Origin: Bdellovibrionales bacterium
GTDB taxonomy: Bacteria; Bdellovibrionota; Bdellovibrionia; Bdellovibrionales; UBA1609
DNA: 64,000 nt
Direction of reading: 5' to 3'
Assembly (NCBI GenBank): GCA_965200875.1
Contig: OZ241456.1
Coordinates: 1,504,001-1,568,000, forward strand
Both the position numbers and the translations under genes were made by a program. This document shows positions 51,395-61,799 of this stretch, piece after piece. Within the stretch, counting starts at the first letter, position 1; every line of letters starts with the position of its first letter. The notes beneath the pieces were generated by a model. It did not search any database and had not been told where the DNA came from. It saw only the letters and a program-made list of their open reading frames with translations.

Positions 51395-52888
51395 ATGTTT
51401 AAAAAAATATTGATTGCCAATCGGGGAGAAATTGCTGTTCGGGTGATCCGCGCCTGTTCGGAACTGGGAATCAAAACCGTGGCTGTATATTCAGAAGCAG
51501 ACAGAAATAGCCTGCATGTTATGCTGGCCAGCGAAGCCTATCCTATAGGGCCGGCAGAAAGTGCTCTTTCCTACCTCAATATTGATAAAATCATTCAGAC
51601 AGCCTTAAAAGCCAAAGCTGAGGCCCTTCACCCAGGCTATGGTTTTTTAAGCGAAAGTCCCGATTTTGCCAGAGCTTCAGAAAAAGCAGGTATTCATTTT
51701 ATTGGACCTAAAGCAGAAGTGATCCAAAAAATGGGAGATAAAATCCAGGCCAGAAAACTCATGAAATCTTTTGGAGTTCCTATCCCACCAGGAGCGGATC
51801 ATCCCTTAAAAAATGCAGAAGAGGCCAAAGCCATAGCAGAAAAAATAGGTTATCCCGTTATGCTCAAAGCCAGTGCCGGAGGAGGAGGTAAAGGTATCCG
51901 AAGTGTTTATAGCGCAAAAGAAATGTCAAAAGCCTTTAAAGCCTGCCAGCTTGAGGCAAAAAATTTCTTTAAAGATGAAAATGTTTTTATCGAAAAACTC
52001 ATACAAAACCCCAAACACATAGAAGTTCAGGTACTGGCCGATACTCATGGAAACACCTTGCACCTTTTTGAAAGGGAATGTTCTGTCCAACGGAGACACC
52101 AAAAACTCATTGAAGAATCTCCCAGTCCCAATTTGCCAAGAGAAATCAGAAAAAAAATATGTGAATTGACAGTAACTGCCACAAAAAAAATAGGTTATAC
52201 CAATGCTGGCACTTTTGAATTTATTTACGACAGCGAAGAGCAAAAGTTTTACTTCTTGGAAATGAACACTCGACTTCAGGTGGAGCATCCCGTAACAGAG
52301 CTTATCACAGGAGTGGATATCGTGAAGGAGCAAATTTTCATTACCGCAGGCCATGAACTGAAAATAAAACAAAAAGACATTCAGCAAAAAGGCCATGCTA
52401 TTGAACTCAGAATCTGCGCGGAGGATCCTAAAACTTTTCTTCCAAGCCCCGGAAGAATCCGGCGGTGTCGCATCCCTCAAGGGCCTTTCGTACGGGTGGA
52501 TGGCTACTGCTACATGGGATATAAAGTTCCCATTCACTATGATCCCATGCTGGCTAAATTGATATGCTGGGGAAAAGACCGTGAAGATTGCATCAATAAA
52601 CTCCAAAGAGCCTTGGCAGAAATTTCTCTCACAGGTATTAAAACCAATGTGGATCTGCATAAAAATATTTTACTGCACAAACATTTTTTAGATGGCACTT
52701 ACACCAATAACTTTATAGCTGAAGAAATCACCGGAAAAAATCGAAAAGAATTTTCCAGTTTTGTGGATGAAAGAGTTTTTCTTATCGCCTCTGCGATCAC
52801 CGCCTACAGACAAAACAAAAACAAACCAATGATAAATGGTAAAAGTCGGTGGAAAGATAAAGCGCGCCGGGAAAGTTTGAGGTCCTGA
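51395..52888 (+). CDS. accC: Biotin carboxylase
   Basis: ILIANRGEIA, HPGYGFLSE, GGGGKG, RECSVQRRHQK, EMNTRLQVEH. Confidence 0.95.
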   Translation: MFKKILIANRGEIAVRVIRACSELGIKTVAVYSEADRNSLHVMLASEAYPIGPAESALSYLNIDKIIQTALKAKAEALHPGYGFLSESPDFARASEKAGIHFIGPKAEVIQKMGDKIQARKLMKSFGVPIPPGADHPLKNAEEAKAIAEKIGYPVMLKASAGGGGKGIRSVYSAKEMSKAFKACQLEAKNFFKDENVFIEKLIQNPKHIEVQVLADTHGNTLHLFERECSVQRRHQKLIEESPSPNLPREIRKKICELTVTATKKIGYTNAGTFEFIYDSEEQKFYFLEMNTRLQVEHPVTELITGVDIVKEQIFITAGHELKIKQKDIQQKGHAIELRICAEDPKTFLPSPGRIRRCRIPQGPFVRVDGYCYMGYKVPIHYDPMLAKLICWGKDREDCINKLQRALAEISLTGIKTNVDLHKNILLHKHFLDGTYTNNFIAEEITGKNRKEFSSFVDERVFLIASAITAYRQNKNKPMINGKSRWKDKARRESLRS

Positions 52889-53427
52889 TGCTTTTTATCA
52901 CCCGGATGGATAACAAACAATATGAAATTGAAGTACAGGAAAATGCCACAGAGTGGCAGGTCTGTTTAACCGAAACAAAAACAGAGAAAAAAGAAATACA
53001 CCGTTTATCCAAAAAGGACTATCAACGAGTGGGAGAGGTGATCAGTTTTATTTTTAATCATCGATCCTATCTGATTGATATAGTTACTGAAGGGGATGAT
53101 TACACAGTTTTCACAAAAGGTTCTCATAAAACCATTCAACTTCTCACAGAAGAAAGAATGCTATACAATGAACTGGCTTTTTCGAACCCGGAAAAAAATG
53201 AAACTCTTATTAAATCAGGAATACCTGGAAAAGTGGTGGAAATACCGGTAAAAACAGGAGATGAAGTCAAAGAAGGGGACTTGCTTTTGGTGATTGAAGC
53301 CATGAAAATGGAAAATGAAATTCGGGCAAGTGGACAGGGAAGAGTTAAAAAAATTTATGTGAAAAGCCGGCAAAATGTGGAAACAGGTGCTCGTCTTCTT
53401 TCCCTTGAAAAAACTAAAGAAGTGTGA
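52888..53427 (+). CDS. Biotin carboxyl carrier protein
   Basis: IEAMKMENEI biotinylation motif. Confidence 0.92.
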   Translation: MLFITRMDNKQYEIEVQENATEWQVCLTETKTEKKEIHRLSKKDYQRVGEVISFIFNHRSYLIDIVTEGDDYTVFTKGSHKTIQLLTEERMLYNELAFSNPEKNETLIKSGIPGKVVEIPVKTGDEVKEGDLLLVIEAMKMENEIRASGQGRVKKIYVKSRQNVETGARLLSLEKTKEV

Positions 53428-53475
53428 ATTTTAGGTGACCGGTATTATATCCGAAGTTTTTTTAATCCCTATTCT

Positions 53476-55068
53476 TCAATCTTCAAAAAGATGAGGGGAA
53501 AAACCTCTGCGCACAGTGTTTTCCGTGATCACTCTTGGGTTCATAAATTGAGTGAGGTAATCCGGTCCGCCAGCTTTGTGGCCCAATCCAGACATTTTAA
53601 ATCCACCAAAGGGGTGTCGTTTTACAATAGCTCCCGTGCAATTTCTGTTGATGTACAGGTTACCCACCTGAAATCTCTTTTTAATTTTTTCAATCCGCTC
53701 GGGACTGCGTGAATAAAAAGCACCAGTAAGAGCAAATTCTGTGTTATTAGCTGTATCAATAGCCTCATCCAAATCTGTAAAAGGAATCAGAACAAGAACA
53801 GGTCCAAATATTTCCTCCTTTAGCAAAGGAGAGTTAGCAGGCACATTGTTAAATATAACCGGACTGATGAAATGTCCCTCTCCGGGAAGAGATTTTTCTT
53901 TTGAAACAACAGAGGCGGTTTTTTTACCATCTTTAATATAGCGGGTGATTTTTTGAAAGGCTTTAATATCCACCACAGGGCCTATACGATTTTCCGGTTT
54001 TTCCGCCGGACCTATCATCATACTTTCCAAAGCGTCAGCCAATCTTTCTGTAAAGGATTTTTCAATGGTTTTTGCCAAAAGCACCCGACTGCAAGCAGAA
54101 CACTTTTGCCCCTGAAAACCAAAAGCGGACTCCAACACTCCAGAAACAGCCATATCTAAATCAGCACTTTCATCCACAATGATAGCGTTTTTCCCACCCA
54201 TTTCTACAACACATTTCTTGAGTTTGTTTCGTCTGCTGGAAACCTGGTTGGCTTTTTCCAAAATGGCACACCCCACTTCTTTGGATCCGGTGAAAGCAAT
54301 CATTTCCGTTTCTTCCTGCTTTACTAGGTAAGCTCCTGTTTCCTCTCCTGTTCCTGGCAAAAACTGTGCAACCCCTAAAGGCAATCCGCATTCCATTAAA
54401 AGCTTTATTAACTCGTATGCGACAGCAGAACTTTGCTCCGCAGGTTTTATGAGGGTTGTGTTTCCTGTTACAAGACTGGCCACTACCATACCGGTTAAAA
54501 TCGCCAAGGGGAAATTCCAAGGAGCGATAACTAAAGAAAGTCCTCGTGCTTGATAGGAATAAAAACTTTCTTCTCCCAGTATGGAATCAGTGAGCTGTGG
54601 TTTTTCCCGTTTAAGCATTTCTTCCGCATAGTATCGGCAAAAATCAATGGCTTCACAAACATCGGCATCCGCGGATGGCCAGTTTTTTCCTACTTCCAAA
54701 GTTTGTAAAGCAGACAGGCTATAGCGGTGATCTTCCATTTTGTCAGCCAGAGAAGTGAGGAGATGGCATCTTTTTTCAACAGGCGTTTGGTTCCAGAGAG
54801 GAAATTGTTTTAGCGCGCCGGCAATAGCTTGATCACAGGCTGTTTTGTCCGCTTGGGATACAACAGCCACTGTCTTTGAAGGATAAGAAGGATTTTCTCT
54901 TTTAAAAGTTTTGGAGCTTGTAATTTGTTTATTATCAATAACAAGTGGCACACTCAAAGGCAATTTGGTTTGCCATTTCTCAATGGCTTTTTGAAACTTC
55001 CAGCGGTTATCAGAAATGGAAAAATCCAAAGGAGCAGTGTTTTTAAAGGATGGCTTAAAAGGTTTCAT
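53476..55068 (-). CDS. Delta-1-pyrroline-5-carboxylate dehydrogenase (C-terminal PutA half)
   Basis: EAIDFCRYY, PWNFPLAI, FTGS, EMGGKN, FQGQKCSACS, EEIFGPVL, KAGGPDYL. Confidence 0.92.
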   Translation of the reverse strand: MKPFKPSFKNTAPLDFSISDNRWKFQKAIEKWQTKLPLSVPLVIDNKQITSSKTFKRENPSYPSKTVAVVSQADKTACDQAIAGALKQFPLWNQTPVEKRCHLLTSLADKMEDHRYSLSALQTLEVGKNWPSADADVCEAIDFCRYYAEEMLKREKPQLTDSILGEESFYSYQARGLSLVIAPWNFPLAILTGMVVASLVTGNTTLIKPAEQSSAVAYELIKLLMECGLPLGVAQFLPGTGEETGAYLVKQEETEMIAFTGSKEVGCAILEKANQVSSRRNKLKKCVVEMGGKNAIIVDESADLDMAVSGVLESAFGFQGQKCSACSRVLLAKTIEKSFTERLADALESMMIGPAEKPENRIGPVVDIKAFQKITRYIKDGKKTASVVSKEKSLPGEGHFISPVIFNNVPANSPLLKEEIFGPVLVLIPFTDLDEAIDTANNTEFALTGAFYSRSPERIEKIKKRFQVGNLYINRNCTGAIVKRHPFGGFKMSGLGHKAGGPDYLTQFMNPRVITENTVRRGFSPHLFED

Positions 55069-55254
55069 TATAATCAGTGACTATTCAGTCGAGCGGGAAA
55101 AAGTTTTTAAAACATTGTTATTATTTGATTTTTTTATAAAAGATTCAAAAAATAATGGCAAGGAAAACTATTAAAAACCTTTTTTTCATAAAATACTTGC
55201 CAAAATATATTTTAAGGTTATTATGGATGCCACTGGAAAAAGGAGTATTGAAAT

Positions 55255-55506
55255 ATGGTGGTTATTCGCCTTTCTCGTTATGGCATGAAACACAAGCCGA
55301 GGTATCGCGTGACAGTTGCAGATTCTCGCCGTAGTGCTACAGGGCGTTTTATTGAAATAATAGGCCAATACAATGTTTTTGAGAAAGATAAAAAAAAAGC
55401 TTTGCAAGTGGATATTGAAAAATATAAAAAATGGGTGGCAAAGGGTGCTCAACCCAGCAAAACATTGCGTTCTTTGGTAAAAAAAGTGTATGAATACGAA
55501 AACTGA
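55255..55506 (+). CDS. rpsP: 30S ribosomal protein S16
   Basis: MVVIRLSRYG.K..P.YRV.VADSR..GRFIE, GAQPS. Confidence 0.96.
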   Translation: MVVIRLSRYGMKHKPRYRVTVADSRRSATGRFIEIIGQYNVFEKDKKKALQVDIEKYKKWVAKGAQPSKTLRSLVKKVYEYEN

Positions 55507-55529
55507 TAATTAACTATATAATGTGAGGT

Positions 55530-55787
55530 GTGAATATGGAAACAACAATTGTTGAGATTATTGAAATGCTGATTAAAGCTTTGGTGGATGAACCGGATCA
55601 GGTTCGAGTAACAGAAAGTAAAGGTGAAAAAACCACTGTTTTCGAAGCCAGCGTATCCAAAAAAGATATGGGTAAAGTGATTGGCCGAAATGGCAGAACT
55701 ATTGAGTCCTTAAGAACTATTGTGGGTGCTTGTGGGGCTAAAAGAAAACAAAGATGTATTTTTCAGATCATTGATGAAGAAAACTAA
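55530..55787 (+). CDS. khpA: KH-domain RNA-binding protein KhpA
   Basis: LVDEPD, DMGKVIGRNGRT; lies between rpsP and rimM. Confidence 0.9.
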   Translation: MNMETTIVEIIEMLIKALVDEPDQVRVTESKGEKTTVFEASVSKKDMGKVIGRNGRTIESLRTIVGACGAKRKQRCIFQIIDEEN

Positions 55788-55850
55788 AAATGAGAGTCCC
55801 TCCAAGCGGTTACTGTTCCCGCTCCTGCCTTCGTGAGGACAGGTTGAAGG

Positions 55851-56456
55851 ATGTATTATCCAGCATTTTTCTTACCAGAGGAGTATAATTCCATTGTCAA
55901 TAAAAGTGAATCTGACTTTCTGGAAGTGGGTAAAGTCACCCACGCACACGGGATAAAAGGAGAAGTTTTTATCTCTCTTTTTTCTGGTTTTCCTTTAAAT
56001 TCATCTGTAAATATAGTGGACCAAGTGGTGCAGTTCAGGAGAAGCACTGAACTATGTCTTGAAACAACAGTGCAGGAGGCGCGTTCGCATAAGAAAGGGA
56101 TAATAGCTCGTTTAAAAGGCGTGGAGGAAAGACAGAAAGCAGAGACTTTAAAAGGAGCTTGTTTTTTTGTGCCAAAGAAGATTTTTTCCTCTTTAAGTGG
56201 AGAAAATATATATCTTTGCGAAATATTAAACTTTGAGGTTTATGATAAAAAGCATGGCACTTTAGGAAAAATATCCTCTTTTTCTGATAATGGAGCACAG
56301 GATTTATTGATCGTGCAGAGTAAAAAAGGAAATCTTCAACAGGTTTCCCGGTTGGTGGAAATTCCCTTCATTAAAGAATTTATTGTTGATATTGATTTTG
56401 AATCAAAGAGGATATGTGTAGATCTGCATGAAAACTGGCCAGGGCTGGAATATTAA
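55851..56456 (+). CDS. rimM: 16S rRNA processing protein RimM
   Basis: VGKV..AHGIKGEV, NGAQDLL, IPF. Confidence 0.9.
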   Translation: MYYPAFFLPEEYNSIVNKSESDFLEVGKVTHAHGIKGEVFISLFSGFPLNSSVNIVDQVVQFRRSTELCLETTVQEARSHKKGIIARLKGVEERQKAETLKGACFFVPKKIFSSLSGENIYLCEILNFEVYDKKHGTLGKISSFSDNGAQDLLIVQSKKGNLQQVSRLVEIPFIKEFIVDIDFESKRICVDLHENWPGLEY

Positions 56457-56475
56457 AAAAACAGGTATAAATTTG

Positions 56476-57231
56476 ATGCAAAAAGATCAGAGTTTTTTAC
56501 TGTGTGCCAACTGGAAAATGAATAAAGATCCGGATTCAGTACGACAGTATATTCGTCAAATAAGAAAAATGGTGTCTGTACAAGAGCAAAAAAACTTTGT
56601 TTTTTTTGCTCCTGCTTTTACTCTTTCTGTTTTGGCGGAAGAATTGGCAGATTCCGCTTTTGGATATGGAGCGCAAAATTGTCACTTTGAAGATAAAGGA
56701 GCTTTTACAGGAGAAAACTCTCCCTTGGTTTTAGCACAAATGGGGGCGACCCATTGTCTTGTGGGCCATAGTGAAAGAAGACAATTTTTTTTTGAAAGTG
56801 AAAAGGTTATTCATAAAAAAGTATCAGCCATTTTGAAAAATTCCCTTCAACCAGTAATCTGTGTCGGAGAAACAGCAGAAGAACGTAAAAACGGAAAATC
56901 ATTTAATGTGATTGAAAGGCAATTATCTGATATTTTAAAGAATGTGAAGTTTTCAAATTATATCTTTATCGCTTATGAACCAGTTTGGGCTATTGGAAGC
57001 GGGAAATCAGCGCGGACTGAACAAATTGCTGATATGCAAACACATATTCGAAAGCTTTGTGATTCATCAGGGCAAAAAACAAGATTTTTATATGGAGGCA
57101 GTGTCAATCAGGAGAATATGAAAGAACTTTTACAAATACCCGGATTGGATGGCTTTTTAGTAGGAGGTGCTTCTTTAGATCCAAAAACTTTTTTTAACTT
57201 ATCACTGTTTAAGGTTAAAAATGGAATTTAA
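56476..57231 (+). CDS. tpiA: Triosephosphate isomerase
   Basis: ANWKMN, GAFTGE, VGHSERR, AYEPVWAIG, YGGSV, LVGGASL. Confidence 0.96.
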   Translation: MQKDQSFLLCANWKMNKDPDSVRQYIRQIRKMVSVQEQKNFVFFAPAFTLSVLAEELADSAFGYGAQNCHFEDKGAFTGENSPLVLAQMGATHCLVGHSERRQFFFESEKVIHKKVSAILKNSLQPVICVGETAEERKNGKSFNVIERQLSDILKNVKFSNYIFIAYEPVWAIGSGKSARTEQIADMQTHIRKLCDSSGQKTRFLYGGSVNQENMKELLQIPGLDGFLVGGASLDPKTFFNLSLFKVKNGI

Positions 57232-59134
57232 TAATATTCTTCCCCAAAAAACACTTTTTATCGTATTTACCATCATCATTTGTTATTTTCTGTTTATCAC
57301 TTGCGTGGGGCTTTATTTTTCCCGCTTCAGCTCCAATATCAATGATTTTTTCTTCAGTGGTCAAAGATTTTCTTGGTGGCTTCCCGCATTCAGTATGGTA
57401 GCCACGGGAATCGGCTCTTACAGTTATTTAAAGTACTCCCAGCAGGGTTTTAATACCGGTATGAGTAGCACAATGGTGTACATGAATGAGTGGATAGCAC
57501 TACCCATATTTGTTTTTGCTTGGCTTCCGGTGTTATATTACAATCGCATTAAATCTGTCCCGGAATATTTTGAAAAAAGATTCAACCGCACAGCCCGGTA
57601 TGTGGCAGTGGTCCTAATTTTATCCTATATTTTTTACTATATTGGTTACAATCTTTATACGATCGGCCTAGCTTTACATGGCTTGTTTGGTTTTCCTCCC
57701 ATTTACACAGTTCCCTTGGTTACTTTTATTCTGGGTTTTTATGTCACCTTTGGAGGGCAAACAGCAGTTATTTTGACAGATTTGTTTCAAGGTTTGATGC
57801 TTTACCTGACAGGGTTTTTGGTGATGGGTTTTGGCATTTATGCTCTAGGGGGTATAGGAGAGTTTTGGACTCACCTACCTTTAAGTCACCGCCTTCCTTT
57901 TGCCTCCATGAATGCAAATCCTCATTTTAATTCTGTGGGAGTATTTTGGGGAGACGCTTTAGTGGGAAGTGCAGCTTTTTTATTTATGCACCAAGGAATA
58001 TTAATGCGATTTCTGGCCACCAGAAGTATCAAACAGGCCCGCATGACTGCCTTGTTTAATATTCTTGTCTGTTTACCTCTTTCTGCTATTACCGTGGGAG
58101 GGGCTGGCTGGATTGCCAAAGCCATTATTACAAAGCAGGAAAAAATTGGTTCTGCTTTGCCAGGCCATGAAGTTTTAAATGTCAACGAAACTTATAATAT
58201 TTTTATCAATGTGGCTTTTGAAGTTTTAAAACAATATGAAATACTTTTGGGTTTGGTAATAGCGGCTTTACTCGCGGCTCTTATGTCTACAGTAGATACC
58301 CTTATCAACGCATCTGCAGCTATAGGAGTATATGATATTTACAAGCCCTTGGTGCGTCCCAAGGAAAGTGAAAAACACTACCTTAAAGTGGCACGTCTAG
58401 CTTCAATTTTTGTAATTGGTATCAGTTTACTGCTGGTGATTTGGTTTTTTCGCCAAGAGGGAACTTTAATGTCCATTCACTACAAAGGAATTATGACTAT
58501 TATCCCGCCCGTGGTAACTACAATTTTTATAGCTTTGTTTTGGCCCCGCTTTAATGCTTTTTCAGCTATTTTAGCAATGCTTGTCGGTGGAACAGCCACA
58601 GTTTTGACAGGAATATTCCCGGAACCCGTTATACACTTAAGAGAGTTTTTTCTGGGTGCCAAATCAGGGGACCCTATTTATTTCCGTGCGGTTTTTGGAG
58701 TGATTTTAACAACTGTTATTGGTGTGATCACTTGTTTGCTCAGCTCTTCATCCAATGACACCAAAAGCTTAAACCGAATAAGCGGTTTAACAGCGAATAC
58801 ACTGGACAAAGCTATGTATTTTTTTAAAGGAGGAAAACCCAACTTAAAACAAGGCAAAAAAGCAAAAAAACTTACACTGTCTTCGAACATCCAGCTGAAT
58901 AAGGGAGAAATTCTTATTTCCAAAAAGGTCTCTGATATTTTAAAGGCTGACTTAGGAGATAGAATATATGTGTCTGATAATCGTTGGTGGTTGGGTGGCA
59001 TCCGATCCGGACATTTTGTTTTAAAGGGCTTGCATAGCAATAAAAATGAGGACTTGGTTTTTATTTCTGAGGAAAGTGTGAAGAGGGCTTATATGATCCC
59101 TGAGAAAAAAGTATTCCTAGAAAAAATTATCTGA
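57221..59134 (+). CDS. Sodium:solute symporter family protein
   Basis: Multi-TM; EYFEKRF, GG..AVILTD..QG, AALMSTVDT. Confidence 0.9.
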   Translation: MEFNNILPQKTLFIVFTIIICYFLFITCVGLYFSRFSSNINDFFFSGQRFSWWLPAFSMVATGIGSYSYLKYSQQGFNTGMSSTMVYMNEWIALPIFVFAWLPVLYYNRIKSVPEYFEKRFNRTARYVAVVLILSYIFYYIGYNLYTIGLALHGLFGFPPIYTVPLVTFILGFYVTFGGQTAVILTDLFQGLMLYLTGFLVMGFGIYALGGIGEFWTHLPLSHRLPFASMNANPHFNSVGVFWGDALVGSAAFLFMHQGILMRFLATRSIKQARMTALFNILVCLPLSAITVGGAGWIAKAIITKQEKIGSALPGHEVLNVNETYNIFINVAFEVLKQYEILLGLVIAALLAALMSTVDTLINASAAIGVYDIYKPLVRPKESEKHYLKVARLASIFVIGISLLLVIWFFRQEGTLMSIHYKGIMTIIPPVVTTIFIALFWPRFNAFSAILAMLVGGTATVLTGIFPEPVIHLREFFLGAKSGDPIYFRAVFGVILTTVIGVITCLLSSSSNDTKSLNRISGLTANTLDKAMYFFKGGKPNLKQGKKAKKLTLSSNIQLNKGEILISKKVSDILKADLGDRIYVSDNRWWLGGIRSGHFVLKGLHSNKNEDLVFISEESVKRAYMIPEKKVFLEKII

Positions 59135-59170
59135 AACACATCTCTCCCTTGAAATCCACTTGGCAAATTT

Positions 59171-60064
59171 TTATTTTTTGCCTTTATTTTTACCTTTATA
59201 ATATTTGGCGTTTATCTGCTGAGCCAAATCCGGCAAATCCATAAAATGATCTCCTTTTCTTACATTGAAAGGCCGATCTTCTCCATCACATAATAAAACT
59301 TCTTTGATATATTTCTTAAAAGCATAAACAGGACCATAAATTTTATTGGAAAGATATATGGTAAAGCCCAACACAATAAGCAAAAAACACATAGACAAAA
59401 TAAAAAATAATAATAAAAATATTGTTATGATATTACTTTGCAAGACAGGCGAAATTTCCACAAAACGATTGATAACTATTTTAATAAAAGAAACGGAAAA
59501 TATACAATATGCGAACGCAAACAGAAAATAAGGAAACAACACTTGATAACAAAATGTATATTGTTCCTTTTCTATGAACATTTTTCGTCTGAGGTTATGT
59601 TTTTGAATAATCAGGGAACGATCTTTCACAGCAAAGAACAGGGTCATTATAACACCAACAAATATTAATACATCCGACAAATTAAAATATATCTTAAAAA
59701 AAGTCATCCAATCCAACACACCCCCTCGAAACATAATATCCAAACTTTCTCCCATCATCCCGGCAACAAAAAGTGTCACACCTATCCTCAAACCCATCAA
59801 CCTTTGAACCAATATCAAGTTCAAAACAAAAAGTAATAATAGAAAAAATACAGAAAAGCCAAAAGGAGAAATGGCTGATATATACCCCAAGATATTTAAT
59901 TGATCCATTAATACAAATGGAGTTTCCTGCACGGTAAAACCAAGAGGCCCTATTTTAACAGGATTATTTTTCAAGGCCACTTCTGCAAGCTCTTTGAGAA
60001 CCTGATCGAACACGACAGCCAAAACGAGTATACCGGCAATAATAATCCAATCTTTTTTCTTCAC
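59171..60064 (-). CDS. Signal peptidase II-like protein with C-terminal two-TM extension
   Basis: FDQVLK, GVLDW, FNLSD (LspA-type Asp pair), plus an extra ~140 aa ending SNKIYGPVYAF. Confidence 0.65.
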   Translation of the reverse strand: MKKKDWIIIAGILVLAVVFDQVLKELAEVALKNNPVKIGPLGFTVQETPFVLMDQLNILGYISAISPFGFSVFFLLLLFVLNLILVQRLMGLRIGVTLFVAGMMGESLDIMFRGGVLDWMTFFKIYFNLSDVLIFVGVIMTLFFAVKDRSLIIQKHNLRRKMFIEKEQYTFCYQVLFPYFLFAFAYCIFSVSFIKIVINRFVEISPVLQSNIITIFLLLFFILSMCFLLIVLGFTIYLSNKIYGPVYAFKKYIKEVLLCDGEDRPFNVRKGDHFMDLPDLAQQINAKYYKGKNKGKK

Positions 60065-60077
60065 TATACCAGCTCTT

Positions 60078-61721
60078 TCATTGATTTAAGTTTAACGGTA
60101 TTTCCTTTTCCACTTTCATTAAAAATCGAAAATCACCATTATCACTTAAATAGTAGTTTAAAATATCTTTCTTTACAACTGTTATCTGATCTTCATGCCA
60201 TAAGGGAATAAAAGCCAAATCATCATGGATGATTTTTTGCACCTGACTGTAAATGGCCTGTCTTTTTTCCCGATTCATCTCGGTTATTCCCTGATCTAGG
60301 AGCTTATCGAGAAGTTTATTTTCATAAAACCCTCTGTTTCTTCCCTTTGGAGGATGTTCTCTTGAATGAAAGGCTACACGATAAATATCCGGATCTGTCG
60401 CTCCCACCCATTTCAGCAAAGCGAATTGAAATCTGCCCGCGTTTAAATCTCCGTAAAAAGTACCCCATTCAAAACTCTCTATTTTCACTTTAAAACCCGC
60501 TTTTCTTAATTGCAAAGACAATATCCGTCCATGATCCACTGCTGATCGGGCACTGGAGGTTTTAAACGAAAAAGTTTTCTGACGACAGGAAAGAGGCAGG
60601 CGATGAAAAATATCTCTCGCTTTTTCAAGATTATAAGCGGAATTTTTAATATAAGGATTTAAAAAATAGTTATGAGGACCCAATATTGTGGTGGCTGGAT
60701 GGGCAAAAGTTCTTAATTTATGCTGTATAATTTTTAAACGATCTATGGAAGCTACTATAGCTTGACGTGTTTCCTTTTTTCTTAAACATTCATCCTGAAA
60801 ATTAATCAGTAAATAGGTCATGGAAAGACCGGGACGACGAAAAATCTGAAATTGATCTTTTTTCTTTTCAAAATAGCTTATTTTCTGAAAACTTATTTCT
60901 GATTGAGCAATATCAATTTCTCCATTTAACATTTTCTGGAAACGGGTAAAATCATCCCGTATAATTTTAAAAATAACCCGGTTTATTTTTGGAGCTGGCC
61001 TTGCAGAAGGACGCGCTTTCAAAACCAGATGACTGGAACTGTTGCTTTCCAGCTGAAAAGGACCTGTGCCAAAAGGTGCTTTTTGAAAGCCTGAATCATC
61101 TGATAATATCTCCTGTTTGGGAAGAATTTTCAAAACAGGCAAATCTGAACTCAGAAATTTGGCGGATTCTTTCTTTAACTTAACTTTTAGTATGAACTGT
61201 CTCTTTTTCTCCTCCACATTTACAGACTCAATAATTTGAAATGCGGAGGAAAACGGACTTTTTTCTGAACGATATTCCTCAAAACTAAAGAGTAAATCTT
61301 CTTTAGTAATCTTTCTTTCATTGGAGAATTTTAAATCCTTATCTATATGAAAACTGTAAATTTTATCTTTATAACTCCAACTCTGAGCGGCAGACGGCAG
61401 TGTTTTTAAATGCGGGCCACGGTATACAAGGGAGTGAAACAGCAGATCCCCTATTCGCATACCATTAGCATCCGTGGCCTTACGGGGATCCAAAGAGCGC
61501 GGTTCAGAACCCAGAGCCAACACTATATTTTGGCTGACCTTTTCTTGAGCGTTAGATGATCCATCTTCCTTGATGGAATGAAGTGGCTTTGCGCCAGATT
61601 GCGCCATGTTAAATTGTTTTGAAGAGGATTTTCCGAAATAAAAAAAAGCCAAACCAATGAAAGTCAATACTCCCAAAGCACTTGATATAAAAACCAGGCG
61701 GTTTTTTCGCCAATTATTCAT
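60078..61721 (-). CDS. Peptide ABC transporter substrate-binding protein (family 5)
   Basis: EPRSLDPR, PFGTGPFQL, RQAI..SIDR, YSQVQKII. Confidence 0.9.
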   Translation of the reverse strand: MNNWRKNRLVFISSALGVLTFIGLAFFYFGKSSSKQFNMAQSGAKPLHSIKEDGSSNAQEKVSQNIVLALGSEPRSLDPRKATDANGMRIGDLLFHSLVYRGPHLKTLPSAAQSWSYKDKIYSFHIDKDLKFSNERKITKEDLLFSFEEYRSEKSPFSSAFQIIESVNVEEKKRQFILKVKLKKESAKFLSSDLPVLKILPKQEILSDDSGFQKAPFGTGPFQLESNSSSHLVLKARPSARPAPKINRVIFKIIRDDFTRFQKMLNGEIDIAQSEISFQKISYFEKKKDQFQIFRRPGLSMTYLLINFQDECLRKKETRQAIVASIDRLKIIQHKLRTFAHPATTILGPHNYFLNPYIKNSAYNLEKARDIFHRLPLSCRQKTFSFKTSSARSAVDHGRILSLQLRKAGFKVKIESFEWGTFYGDLNAGRFQFALLKWVGATDPDIYRVAFHSREHPPKGRNRGFYENKLLDKLLDQGITEMNREKRQAIYSQVQKIIHDDLAFIPLWHEDQITVVKKDILNYYLSDNGDFRFLMKVEKEIPLNLNQ

Positions 61722-61799
61722 TTTACATAACCTTTTTTATCCACAGATGATACGATACACTATATCAAAAAATTTTACTTTCTCCAGAGGCTTATTCGT

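Noticed and set aside
51926..52660. 244-aa minus-strand ORF
   Set aside because: Antisense shadow of accC.
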